DNA from: Moraxellaceae bacterium
GTDB taxonomy: Bacteria; Pseudomonadota; Gammaproteobacteria; Pseudomonadales; Moraxellaceae
Assembly (NCBI GenBank): GCA_037189985.1
Contig: JBBCJX010000009.1
Location: 1-24,000 of the forward strand
DNA length: 24,000 nucleotides
Direction of reading: 5' to 3'
Shown here: positions 13,846 through 21,847 of the stretch, in pieces
Numbering within the stretch: the stretch's first letter is position 1
Layout of the letters: each line of letters begins with the position of its first letter
Position numbers and translations under genes: made by a program
Notes under the pieces: model-generated
Seen by the model: the letters and a program-made list of their open reading frames with translations, nothing else
Databases searched by the model: none
What the model was told of the DNA's origin: nothing

Positions 13846-14151
13846 ATGGCCATGAATAATCCAGCGCTTCATAAGTTAGTGGGTGAGCCGGGGCAGCAAA
13901 GCATGCTTGCTGCCCGGCTTCGCGGTATGGGTTACAAGGTGAAGCAGGGTCATATTTGGGGCTGGTTGCACATGAATCGGCCTGAAACCTGCCCTCCGCC
14001 TGTCTACGTCATCCCCATATGTCGAGCCTTTAACTGGGAAATCACCCCACACAGCCTGCGGTCTGATCTGTACCCGAATCCATGGGACGGACTGCCGCCC
14101 ATGATTGCTATGGGGCGTTTTCCTGGATTGGTCCTGCCCGATGCTGCCTAG
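13846..14151 (+). CDS. Cro/YdaS-like HTH regulator
   Basis: An in-frame ATG at 13846 (MAMNNPALHKLVG...) lies after the operators. GQQSMLAARLRGMGYKVKQGHIWGWL ... IPICRAFNWEITPHSLRSDLYP resembles the YdaS/Cro family (HTH followed by the LRPDl-type tail). Confidence 0.6.
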   Translation: MAMNNPALHKLVGEPGQQSMLAARLRGMGYKVKQGHIWGWLHMNRPETCPPPVYVIPICRAFNWEITPHSLRSDLYPNPWDGLPPMIAMGRFPGLVLPDAA

Positions 14152-14217
14152 TGACAGTTCCGTATCGTGCCCGGCTGATCCGGGCATGTATCCAGTGACA
14201 TGCCGGGAGAATCACTG

Positions 14218-14745
14218 ATGACTTTGGCTGGTTACCCTTCCTTGCCGCGCACGGAAAAGGCCAAGCGGGCCGTGCTCTCGCTGGACATGGCGGCATACCA
14301 CGCGGTTCACGACTACCGCGATCCGCAGGGGAATATCGGCGTGCCGGCTGTGGCCAGGCATTACAGCTGGAACCCCCGAACCCTCCAGAACAAGCTCAAT
14401 CCCAATGAGGACAGGAATCACCTGACCGCGCGGGAGCTTGAGTTCGTTGCGGCGCTGACGCTGGATACACGGCTGCTGGACGCCTTTTGTACCCCCTTGC
14501 GGGCGCTCTGGATGCCCATGCCTGAGGTATCAGGGCTTTCGGGAGTGGCCATTCTCAACCAGATTGGCGAGGCCAGTGCCCAGCTCGGGCAGTTGGCCCG
14601 TGATACCTGCACGGCCTTGGCTGATGGGCGCATTTCTGCCGATGAATTGGCGGTGCTGGAGAAAACTTCCATGCGTCTCATGCAGGCGGTTCAGTTGCTC
14701 CTGCAGCAGGCACGTGCCGACATGAGTGCGGGAGGGCATGGCTGA
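14218..14745 (+). CDS. cII: Phage regulatory protein CII (phage 186 CP76 family)
   Basis: TLQNKLNPNEDRNHLTARELEFVAALTLDTRLLDAFCTPL closely parallels phage 186 CII TLRNKLNPEQPHQFTPPELWLLTDLTEDSTLVDGFLAQI. GGGAG lies 8 nt upstream of the ATG at 14218 (the tracked ORF starts at 14200). Confidence 0.75.
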   Translation: MTLAGYPSLPRTEKAKRAVLSLDMAAYHAVHDYRDPQGNIGVPAVARHYSWNPRTLQNKLNPNEDRNHLTARELEFVAALTLDTRLLDAFCTPLRALWMPMPEVSGLSGVAILNQIGEASAQLGQLARDTCTALADGRISADELAVLEKTSMRLMQAVQLLLQQARADMSAGGHG

Positions 14746-15654
14746 ATGAGTTCGCGCGTGATGGGCATGGTGTTTGATCGATACCCGGTTGGCGGCAGTG
14801 AATTCATTCTTGCGTTGGCGCTGGCAGACCATGCCAGTGATGACGGGACAAATATTTACCCGTCGGTGGATTATTCCGCGACAAAAGCACGGCAGTCACG
14901 ACGCTCCGTGCAGATAAATCTGAGAAAAATGCAGAGCCGGGGATTTATCACGGTTGTGCGGGAGGCTGCATATGGCCGTACCCGTGAATACCGAATCACA
15001 CCGGAGTGGATTGCTGGCGGTGAGCTCAAGCCGTTGACAACAGACCATGTACCGGAGGGTGCAGATTCTGCACCCCTGCCTCCTGTGGACAACCCTGACA
15101 GTGATGAAAAACCGGGGTGCAGTCCAGTGTATGGGGGGGCGCAGAATTTGACAGGGGGGGTGCAGGATGACGCACAAAACATGCCTCAAACTGCGCCCAA
15201 ACCATGTATTAACCATCAAGAACAGGGTTTTAACCATCAACCGGCCGTTGTGGAAAACCCGGCGCCTGTAAAACCTCCGTCGCTCTCGGTGCGCGAAAAA
15301 TTCGAGAGATTCTGGTCGGATTACCCGCGTCATGATCAACCGGGTAAGGCGTGGCAACAGTTTCTCAAGATTGATCCGGACGATGCGTTGTTCGGATGGA
15401 TCATGAGAGCCATCGCACATCAGAAAACAACCGACAAATGGAAAAACGACGAGGGGAAGTGGATTCCCTACGCCGTGAACTGGCTTGGCAAGCAACAGTG
15501 GAAAATTTCAAAGGCCGCAAGGGTTGACCAGGGTGGGGCGGAGCCTTTGCCAAGGCTGGCGAGGGGTGCAGATTCTGCGCCTGTGGCAGATGGCGTGGGG
15601 GCCAGTGGGCATGCCTATCTCGGTGAGATGAAAAAGATTCTGGGCAAGGGTTGA
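14746..15654 (+). CDS. Putative replication-initiation/primosomal-type protein (N-terminal winged-helix domain)
   Basis: The N-terminal pattern YPVGGSEFILALALADHASDDG ... SVQINLRKMQSRGFITVV resembles phage replication-protein HTH domains. The C-terminal FERFWSDYPRHDQPGKAWQQF ... IPYAVNWLGKQQW motif is common in phage replication-module proteins. The gene sits after cII. Confidence 0.45.
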   Translation: MSSRVMGMVFDRYPVGGSEFILALALADHASDDGTNIYPSVDYSATKARQSRRSVQINLRKMQSRGFITVVREAAYGRTREYRITPEWIAGGELKPLTTDHVPEGADSAPLPPVDNPDSDEKPGCSPVYGGAQNLTGGVQDDAQNMPQTAPKPCINHQEQGFNHQPAVVENPAPVKPPSLSVREKFERFWSDYPRHDQPGKAWQQFLKIDPDDALFGWIMRAIAHQKTTDKWKNDEGKWIPYAVNWLGKQQWKISKAARVDQGGAEPLPRLARGADSAPVADGVGASGHAYLGEMKKILGKG

Positions 15655-15656
15655 TC

Positions 15657-16028
15657 ATGAGCCAGCAAAACATAACGCGAGAAAGGCTGGATCACTTGCT
15701 GCGCAACTGGGCCCGGTGGCAGCACAGCGAGCGGGCCGGGAATGGCCCCAGAAACGAATACATGACGATGGATCGCATGTATGCATGGCGGCCACGTGGC
15801 GGCACGGTGGCTGAGCATGACGAGACGCTGGGTCTCCACATGGAGCACGCTGTGCTGCAGCTGGTGCAGCAGCAGCAAATGGCATTGGTGGCTTGGTATT
15901 GCTGGGGACAGGACATGATCGGCGTTGCTGATCATTTGGGAGTGAGCAAGATGCGCGCCGAGGCGATTTATGACACGGCGCTTTTTGAAGTCTGGCGGAT
16001 AATTGAGGGCGGATCATGGGCGCAATGA
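15657..16028 (+). CDS. Antitermination protein Q-like regulator (PF06530-like pattern)
   Basis: LDHLLRNWARWQH (WG.W-type motif) plus the C-terminal LVAWYCWGQDMIGVADHLGVSKMRAEAIYDTAL (sigma region-4-like HTH). It is positioned last in the early-right genes, upstream of a strong terminator and the late genes. The ATG at 15657 is preferred over the tracked TTG at 15651. Confidence 0.5.
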   Translation: MSQQNITRERLDHLLRNWARWQHSERAGNGPRNEYMTMDRMYAWRPRGGTVAEHDETLGLHMEHAVLQLVQQQQMALVAWYCWGQDMIGVADHLGVSKMRAEAIYDTALFEVWRIIEGGSWAQ

Positions 16029-16351
16029 GTTTGACCGAAATGATTCTGGGCTTGCTGAAGGTGGCATCACGGCCGATGACGGCGGCCGATCTGTGGCGCA
16101 GGCTTCCTGATGATGTGCAGCGTGATGATGTGGGTAGTCGTCTTTCCAAGATGCGTGGGCGAGGGCAGATTCTTGAAACCACAGTGGATAGCACAGCAAA
16201 AACAGGCCCGAGGCGTATCAAGGCATTCCTTCTTCCTGCTGCGTCAGTCACACGGGAACTAGTTCCCGATCTTGCGCAAACCCAGCAAAACGGCGAAATT
16301 GCGTCCAGGCAAGTTGCGTCCATCGCAAATGTCCCGCAGCACACAACTTGA
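16025..16351 (+). CDS. Hypothetical small winged-helix-like protein
   Basis: The ATG at 16025 makes an ATGA overlap with the Q-like stop. LTEMILGLLKVASRPMTAADLWRRL ... VGSRLSKMRGRGQI. Confidence 0.45.
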   Translation: MSLTEMILGLLKVASRPMTAADLWRRLPDDVQRDDVGSRLSKMRGRGQILETTVDSTAKTGPRRIKAFLLPAASVTRELVPDLAQTQQNGEIASRQVASIANVPQHTT

Positions 16352-16364
16352 TTTTGTCGACATC

Positions 16365-16391
16365 AACCCGTCTTTCAGGCGGGTTTTTTTA
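16365..16391 (+). terminator. Rho-independent terminator (candidate Q-antiterminated late terminator)
   Basis: Stem aacccgtct / aggcgggtt (9 bp with one G-U pair), loop ttc, followed by TTTTTTTA. Confidence 0.8.
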
Positions 16392-16416
16392 TGCCGGGGG
16401 AAGCGTGGATCAGCAG

Positions 16417-16647
16417 ATGATGGAGGGAGCGGCAACTTCGGTTGGTGCGAAGGTCAGCACGGTTGCAGCTTATGCGGCCAGTGGTGGCAGCTTCTTTCTC
16501 GGTCTCTCTCCTGACTGGTGGAATGTCATTATCGGGGGCGTAGGGGTGCTCGGTTCCTGGGCCATCATGATTTATTTCCGGCGCCGTGATAGCCGGCGGA
16601 TGGAAGAGTGGATGAAGCACGGCCGTGATGGGCGTGCGCAGGGCTGA
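16417..16647 (+). CDS. Holin-like small membrane protein (two TM helices, charged C-terminus, tandem Met start)
   Basis: MMEGAATSVGAKVSTVAAYAASGGSFFLGL ... WNVIIGGVGVLGSWAIMIYF followed by RRRDSRRMEEWMKHGRDGRAQG. The topology is typical of class II holins. No family is recognised and no adjacent endolysin is seen. Confidence 0.4.
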   Translation: MMEGAATSVGAKVSTVAAYAASGGSFFLGLSPDWWNVIIGGVGVLGSWAIMIYFRRRDSRRMEEWMKHGRDGRAQG

Positions 16648-17447
16648 TGTTCAGGTTTTCTGCACAGGCACATATTTCATCAGCCACCAGATGGCTGACT
16701 GATGTTGAGAAGCGGCAAGTGCCTTTTGCTACGGCAAGGGCATTGACGATGACGGCTGATGATGTGGCCGGGGTCTTGAGGAAGGATATTCCCAAGGTTT
16801 TTGACAGGCCGGTGCCGTTCACGCGCAACTCGATTTATAAGCGGCCGGCAACAAAGGCTAAGTTGTCGGCCATGGTGTGGGTCAAGGATGACGGCGCAAC
16901 CAAGGGCACACCAGCTGCAAAGTATCTGGCTCCTCAGATCTACGGTGGCCAGCGCAACCTGAAGCGATTCGAGAAGGCATTGCAGGCGGTTGGTGTTTTG
17001 CCGCCGGGCATGATTGCCGTTCCTGGGAAGGCTGCAGAGAAAGATGCATACGGGAACATGAGCAAGGGGCAGATCGTCAAGATTCTGTCTTACCTGCAGG
17101 CCTTCTCTCAGTCCGGATACCGGGCAAACATTACTGACAAGCGCAGGGAGCGCATGGCACGAGGCAATGAAGCCAAAGGTGTAAGGGGATTGGATTACTT
17201 TGTGCTGGCCCGGCCGGAGGGGAAGCTGCCCGCCGGTATTTATAAGCGGGTGCGATATACGGGCGCAGATGCAGTGAAGGTCGGGCATCTGCAGAAGGGC
17301 GGCGCGAAGCCGATCATTGTATTCGTGCGACCGGCGGCGTATCGGAAGCGTTGGAAGTTCTTTGAGACAAGCCAGCGTGTTAGTGAGCGCAGGTTTCCGG
17401 TCAGGTTTGATGAGGCGATGGCCAAAGCCCTCGCGACGGCCCGGTGA
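16647..17447 (+). CDS. Hypothetical phage protein, 266 aa
   Basis: Long ORF coupled by TGATG to the preceding gene. It is basic. I recognise no family with confidence. Confidence 0.55.
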   Translation: MFRFSAQAHISSATRWLTDVEKRQVPFATARALTMTADDVAGVLRKDIPKVFDRPVPFTRNSIYKRPATKAKLSAMVWVKDDGATKGTPAAKYLAPQIYGGQRNLKRFEKALQAVGVLPPGMIAVPGKAAEKDAYGNMSKGQIVKILSYLQAFSQSGYRANITDKRRERMARGNEAKGVRGLDYFVLARPEGKLPAGIYKRVRYTGADAVKVGHLQKGGAKPIIVFVRPAAYRKRWKFFETSQRVSERRFPVRFDEAMAKALATAR

Positions 17448-17578
17448 CGCACCACTTTGGTGAAGGCGGCACGGGTCCTGTCCGGGGGCTTATTCACGGG
17501 TAATTCGAACCTCGTGATCGCGCTAGTGGCTGAGTTTCAGAGTTAGTGAAATTCACCACCTACAGGTGAAGTGGTGAA

Positions 17579-18166
17579 ATGGCTGGTGAAATAGAAAAAT
17601 TCCTGACCAAGAGCGAGTTTGCTGCGTCGCAAGGTTGGAGGCCAAGCTATGTCACCAAGCTGAAAGATCAGGGCCGGCTTGTGATGTCGGAAGACGGCAA
17701 GAAGGTTGACGTAGCCGCGACGCTGGCAAAGCTCAAAGAGACATCCGATCCCAGCAAGGTCGGAGTTCAGAAGCGCCATGCGGATGAGCGCAACGAGAAG
17801 GACGTTGGCCAGCACACGCGTTCCAGTGCGCCGGATGAACCGGACTCTGCATCGTATGGCGCGTTTCAGACCGCGCGTGCGCGTCGTGAGCATTACCTGG
17901 CTCAGCAGGCAGAGCTTGAATATAAGCGGATGTGTGGGGACCTTGTTGAAAGGGCTCCCGTCGAGGCAGCAGCAGAAAAGACGGGCCGCATGCTGCGGGA
18001 CACGATGCTGGGGTTACCCACCAAGGTGGCTCCCCAGTTGATTGCCGTAACAGACCCATGGGAAATCGAGCAGTTATTGCGGTCTGCAATCAGGACGGCG
18101 TTGGACGATATCGCGCGCTTGACTGCTGAGGACCTCCAGCGGCTGCTGGACGATGATTTGCATTGA
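17579..18166 (+). CDS. terS: Terminase small subunit (Nu1-like, N-terminal HTH)
   Basis: LTKSEFAASQGWRPSYVTKLKDQGRLVM is an HTH at the N-terminus. The gene lies immediately upstream of the GpA-type large terminase and is coupled to it by TGATG. Confidence 0.6.
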   Translation: MAGEIEKFLTKSEFAASQGWRPSYVTKLKDQGRLVMSEDGKKVDVAATLAKLKETSDPSKVGVQKRHADERNEKDVGQHTRSSAPDEPDSASYGAFQTARARREHYLAQQAELEYKRMCGDLVERAPVEAAAEKTGRMLRDTMLGLPTKVAPQLIAVTDPWEIEQLLRSAIRTALDDIARLTAEDLQRLLDDDLH

Positions 18167-20145
18167 TGGACGCGCTACCTATTGCTGATGGCCATGTTGT
18201 CTATACGCAGGCCTTCATGCGCGGGCTTTTGCCTGACCCGCCACTCTGGATTGATGAGTGGTCCGATGCGCATATGCGTATTCCGCCGGGCGGTGGCGCT
18301 GAGGTAGGACCGTACAAGATTGCTCGCACGCCATATGCGAGAGAGCCGATGCAGTGCTTGTCGCCGGAGCATCCGAGCAAGCGCGTTGTTGGCATGGTGG
18401 CATCGCAGCTGTTCAAGACGCAGGTTGGCTTGAACTGGATGTGCGGCAGCATCGTTGGCGCCCCTGCCAACATCCTTGCGCTGATGCCTTCGCTGAATTT
18501 GGCGAAGCGCTTGTCGAACCGTATCGGCAAAACGATTGATGAGGTCCCGGAGTGCCGCAAGACGGTGGCTTCGCCACGCTCACGTGATGCGCGTAATACC
18601 ATCGATACCAAAGAGTTTCGGGGTGGCACGCTGTACATCACCACGGCGGGGTCGGCTGCCAACCTTGCTGAAATTCCGGCGCGGTATATCTACGGTGATG
18701 AGATTGATCGCTGGGAACAGAATGTTGGTGGTGAAGGTGACCCCATCGATCTGGCAGAGGCTCGCGGCAGTACTTTCGGGCGTAATGCCAAGTTCTATTA
18801 CACGTCATCGCCCACGCTGGAGGGGGCAAGCCGCATTGCGGATTTGTTCGCCCAGAGCGATCAGCGCCACTATTACGTGCCATGTCCGCATTGCGGCCGC
18901 ATGCAGATTCTGGTGTGGGAGCAGCTGGATTACGACATCGAGACGAAGCGGGCCCAGTACCGTTGCATCAATACGGATGATTGCGGGGCGCTGATTGATG
19001 AGGCGGCCAAAGAGACCATGCTCGCCAATGGCGAGTGGAGGGCGCACGCGAAAGGTGATGGTGAGACGGTCGGCTTCACGTTGTCGACGCTGTACTCCCC
19101 GCCCGGCTGGGTGACATGGTTCGGTCTTGCGGCCCAGTATGACAAGGCCAAGAAAGCGCTGGAGCGTGGCGACCAAGAGCCGATGCAGGTTTTCTACAAC
19201 ACGCGTTTGGCCAGGACATGGAATTCTGTCCAGGAGATGACGAAGTGGGAGGAGCTCAAGAAGCGTGCTGAGGATTATCAGCTGCGCACGATTCCGGATG
19301 GCGTCCTTGCGCTGACGGCTTCGGTCGATGTTCAGGGCAACCGACTGGAGCTCAAGATCATTGGCTGGGGCGAGGGGCTGGAGCGCTGGGTTATTGATTA
19401 TCAGGTCATCCATGGAGACCCCTCGCTGGACGCAACATGGGCAGCACTTGATGAGATTTTAAAGACGCCAATCATTCATCCGTGTGGATACCGGATGACG
19501 ATTGCAGCTGCTGGTGTGGATTCTGGTGGCCACCATACGCAAGAGGTTTATGCCTTCACGCGTAATCGTCAGCATCGTCATGTACTGGCACTGAAGGGGG
19601 CCACTAAGCCGAATCGGCCGGTGATCTCCGGTAAGCCCTCCAAGGTGGACGTTACATGGAATGGCCAGACGGAGAAGCATGGTGCAGAGCTCTGGTTTGT
19701 TGGCACAGATACGGCAAAAGACTGGCTGTATAACCGGATGAAGTTGCCCAGCGGGCCGGGTGCTATTCACTTCTCCAAAGACTTGCCGGATGAGTTCTAC
19801 CAGCAGCTGGTGGCGGAGCGGCGGCTTACGCGATACGTGAAAGGCTTCAAGCGGTCGGAGTGGGTGAAGGCAAAGGCGGATCGCAACGAGGCACTGGATC
19901 TGGCTGTCTATAACCTGGCCATTGCGTACTACCTCAATCTGCATCGTTACAAGGAGGCAGATTGGGAGCGTTTGCGTATGCGGATCAATCCTCCGCAACG
20001 AGACATTTTTGAATCACCGGCGCCTGAGCCAGAGGCACCGGTTGAGCACGAACAGCAGCCCGCTTCCAGCGGGCTTTTTATTGGGCGCAAAGAAAGTACT
20101 CAGACCGATGGCTGGGTGAATACGGGAGATGAGCCGTGGCTATGA
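18166..20145 (+). CDS. terL: Terminase large subunit, lambda GpA family
   Basis: 659 aa. The motif YYVPCPHCGRMQILVWEQL is GpA-typical. An ATPase N-terminal half and a nuclease C-terminal half are present, in lambda-like order upstream of gpW and the portal. Confidence 0.9.
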   Translation: MDALPIADGHVVYTQAFMRGLLPDPPLWIDEWSDAHMRIPPGGGAEVGPYKIARTPYAREPMQCLSPEHPSKRVVGMVASQLFKTQVGLNWMCGSIVGAPANILALMPSLNLAKRLSNRIGKTIDEVPECRKTVASPRSRDARNTIDTKEFRGGTLYITTAGSAANLAEIPARYIYGDEIDRWEQNVGGEGDPIDLAEARGSTFGRNAKFYYTSSPTLEGASRIADLFAQSDQRHYYVPCPHCGRMQILVWEQLDYDIETKRAQYRCINTDDCGALIDEAAKETMLANGEWRAHAKGDGETVGFTLSTLYSPPGWVTWFGLAAQYDKAKKALERGDQEPMQVFYNTRLARTWNSVQEMTKWEELKKRAEDYQLRTIPDGVLALTASVDVQGNRLELKIIGWGEGLERWVIDYQVIHGDPSLDATWAALDEILKTPIIHPCGYRMTIAAAGVDSGGHHTQEVYAFTRNRQHRHVLALKGATKPNRPVISGKPSKVDVTWNGQTEKHGAELWFVGTDTAKDWLYNRMKLPSGPGAIHFSKDLPDEFYQQLVAERRLTRYVKGFKRSEWVKAKADRNEALDLAVYNLAIAYYLNLHRYKEADWERLRMRINPPQRDIFESPAPEPEAPVEHEQQPASSGLFIGRKESTQTDGWVNTGDEPWL

Positions 20146-20348
20146 AGACAGCACGGGAAATGTTGGTGATCTACCAGAATGCCGAGGCTGAGCTGCTGGA
20201 GGGAAAGACCATCGTTTTCCAAGGGCGCCAGATCTCCCATGAAAGCCTCGACATGATCCGCAAGGGGCGTCAGGAGTGGGAGCGTCGGGTGGCTAATGAA
20301 GACAGTGGCGGTCGGGCCCGCAGCGCTTCGTTGGTGGAGTTCGGTTAA
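20142..20348 (+). CDS. Head-tail joining protein, lambda gpW-like
   Basis: 68 aa, with an ATGA overlap with the terL stop. The size, position (between terL and portal) and pattern (L..GK.IVFQGRQISHESLDMIRK) match lambda gpW. Confidence 0.7.
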   Translation: MKTAREMLVIYQNAEAELLEGKTIVFQGRQISHESLDMIRKGRQEWERRVANEDSGGRARSASLVEFG

Positions 20349-21847
20349 TGAACTGGATCGACAAGGCGCTGGAGCCATTTGCGCCGCAGTGGGTTTTCAG
20401 TCGTGTTCGTCACCGTGCCGCCATTCAGGCTTATGAGGCTGCCAGATCCACGCGCACCCACAAGGTCAAGGGCGTCAAGGGCTCTGCCAATGTGCAGGTT
20501 GGTGCTGGCGCGCTGCCGTTGCGGGAACAGGCGCGGCGGCTGGATGAGGATCACGATATTGCGCATGGCCTGCTTGATACGCTGGTCAAGTATGTCATCG
20601 GCCCGAATGGCATATCGGTTGAGCCACAGCCAAAGGACAAGGATGGCAACGTTCATGCGAAGCTGGCATGGCGGCTGGCTGAGCTTTGGGAGAATTTTTC
20701 CGAATTTCCAGAGGTCACTCTGGAGTTTGACCGGGTGCATTCAGAGCAGCTGGTGGCGCGCACCTGGTTCCGTGACGGGGAGTGCTTTGGCCAGTTGGTC
20801 GCGGGCCGTATCCCTTCCCTGGATCACCGCACGCTGGTACCGCTCTCTATCGAGCTGCTGGAGCCGGACTTTGTTCCGCTGGATTTTGATGATGCCCGGC
20901 GGGGAATAAAGCAGGGCATTCAGCGTGATGCGTGGGGACGTGCCACGAACTATTGGGTCTACAAGGAACATCCGGGCGAGCTTTCTTACTTCAGCCGGCC
21001 TGATCTCAAGCCTATTCGTGCTGATCGAATGCTGCACATCAAGCAGGCACACCGGCTGCATCAGGGACGTGGCATCAGTGTTTTTGCACCGTCTCTTGTC
21101 CGGTTGAGCGACCTGAAGGAATACGAAGAGTCGGAGCGCATTGCTGCTCGTGTAGCGGCAGCCATGACGGGCTATATCAAGAAGGGATCGCCTGAGCTCT
21201 ATAAGGGTGCTGGGCCTTTGGATGATAAGGGCGGGGCTGCACCCCGGCGCTTCCAGATGGCTCCCGGCATGATCTTCGATGATCTGGAGCCGGGTGAAGA
21301 GGTGGGCACCATTGAGAGCAATCGCCCCAGCATCCTTTTGCAGCCTTTCCGTGACGCGATGTTGCGCGCCACGGCTGCCGGCACGGGCACAACGTTTAGT
21401 TCGTTGGCGCGGAGTTTTGAGGGGTCGTATAGCTCTCAGCGTCAGGAGCTGGTGGATGGGTTTATCGGCTACCAGATGCTGACCATGATTTTCATCGGTA
21501 GCTGGTCGCGGCCTGTCTATCGGGATTTTGTGCAGACCGCCATTGCTGCGGGTCTGGTCGACATTCCTGATGATGTTGATATGTCCACGATCTATTCGGC
21601 CATGTATCAGGGGCCGGCAATGATCTGGATTGATCCTTACAAAGAAGCCAAGGCCAATGAAGCTTTGCGCACGGCTGGCTTTGAGAGCACATCAAACATC
21701 ATTCGTGCCAGGGGTAAAAACCCTGACGCTGTGCGCCAGCAAATCCTGCAGGAAGAGAAGGAGGATCGTGCGGCCGGCGTCGCCTTCTCTACCAGTGCTA
21801 AATCAATCAACCCCGGAGTGGATGACAATGCCCTCAACGAAAAATAA
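20348..21847 (+). CDS. Portal protein, lambda (gpB) family
   Basis: 499 aa, positioned after gpW and coupled to it by TAATG. The sequence is typical of lambda-family portals (by recollection, not searched). Confidence 0.85.
   Translation: MNWIDKALEPFAPQWVFSRVRHRAAIQAYEAARSTRTHKVKGVKGSANVQVGAGALPLREQARRLDEDHDIAHGLLDTLVKYVIGPNGISVEPQPKDKDGNVHAKLAWRLAELWENFSEFPEVTLEFDRVHSEQLVARTWFRDGECFGQLVAGRIPSLDHRTLVPLSIELLEPDFVPLDFDDARRGIKQGIQRDAWGRATNYWVYKEHPGELSYFSRPDLKPIRADRMLHIKQAHRLHQGRGISVFAPSLVRLSDLKEYEESERIAARVAAAMTGYIKKGSPELYKGAGPLDDKGGAAPRRFQMAPGMIFDDLEPGEEVGTIESNRPSILLQPFRDAMLRATAAGTGTTFSSLARSFEGSYSSQRQELVDGFIGYQMLTMIFIGSWSRPVYRDFVQTAIAAGLVDIPDDVDMSTIYSAMYQGPAMIWIDPYKEAKANEALRTAGFESTSNIIRARGKNPDAVRQQILQEEKEDRAAGVAFSTSAKSINPGVDDNALNEK

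Noticed and set aside
17490-17525. ggtaattcgaacc segment resembling a tRNA T-loop
   Set aside because: Only a short chance resemblance. There is no surrounding cloverleaf potential (only a 4-bp flanking stem). It more likely belongs to the non-coding cos/packaging region.
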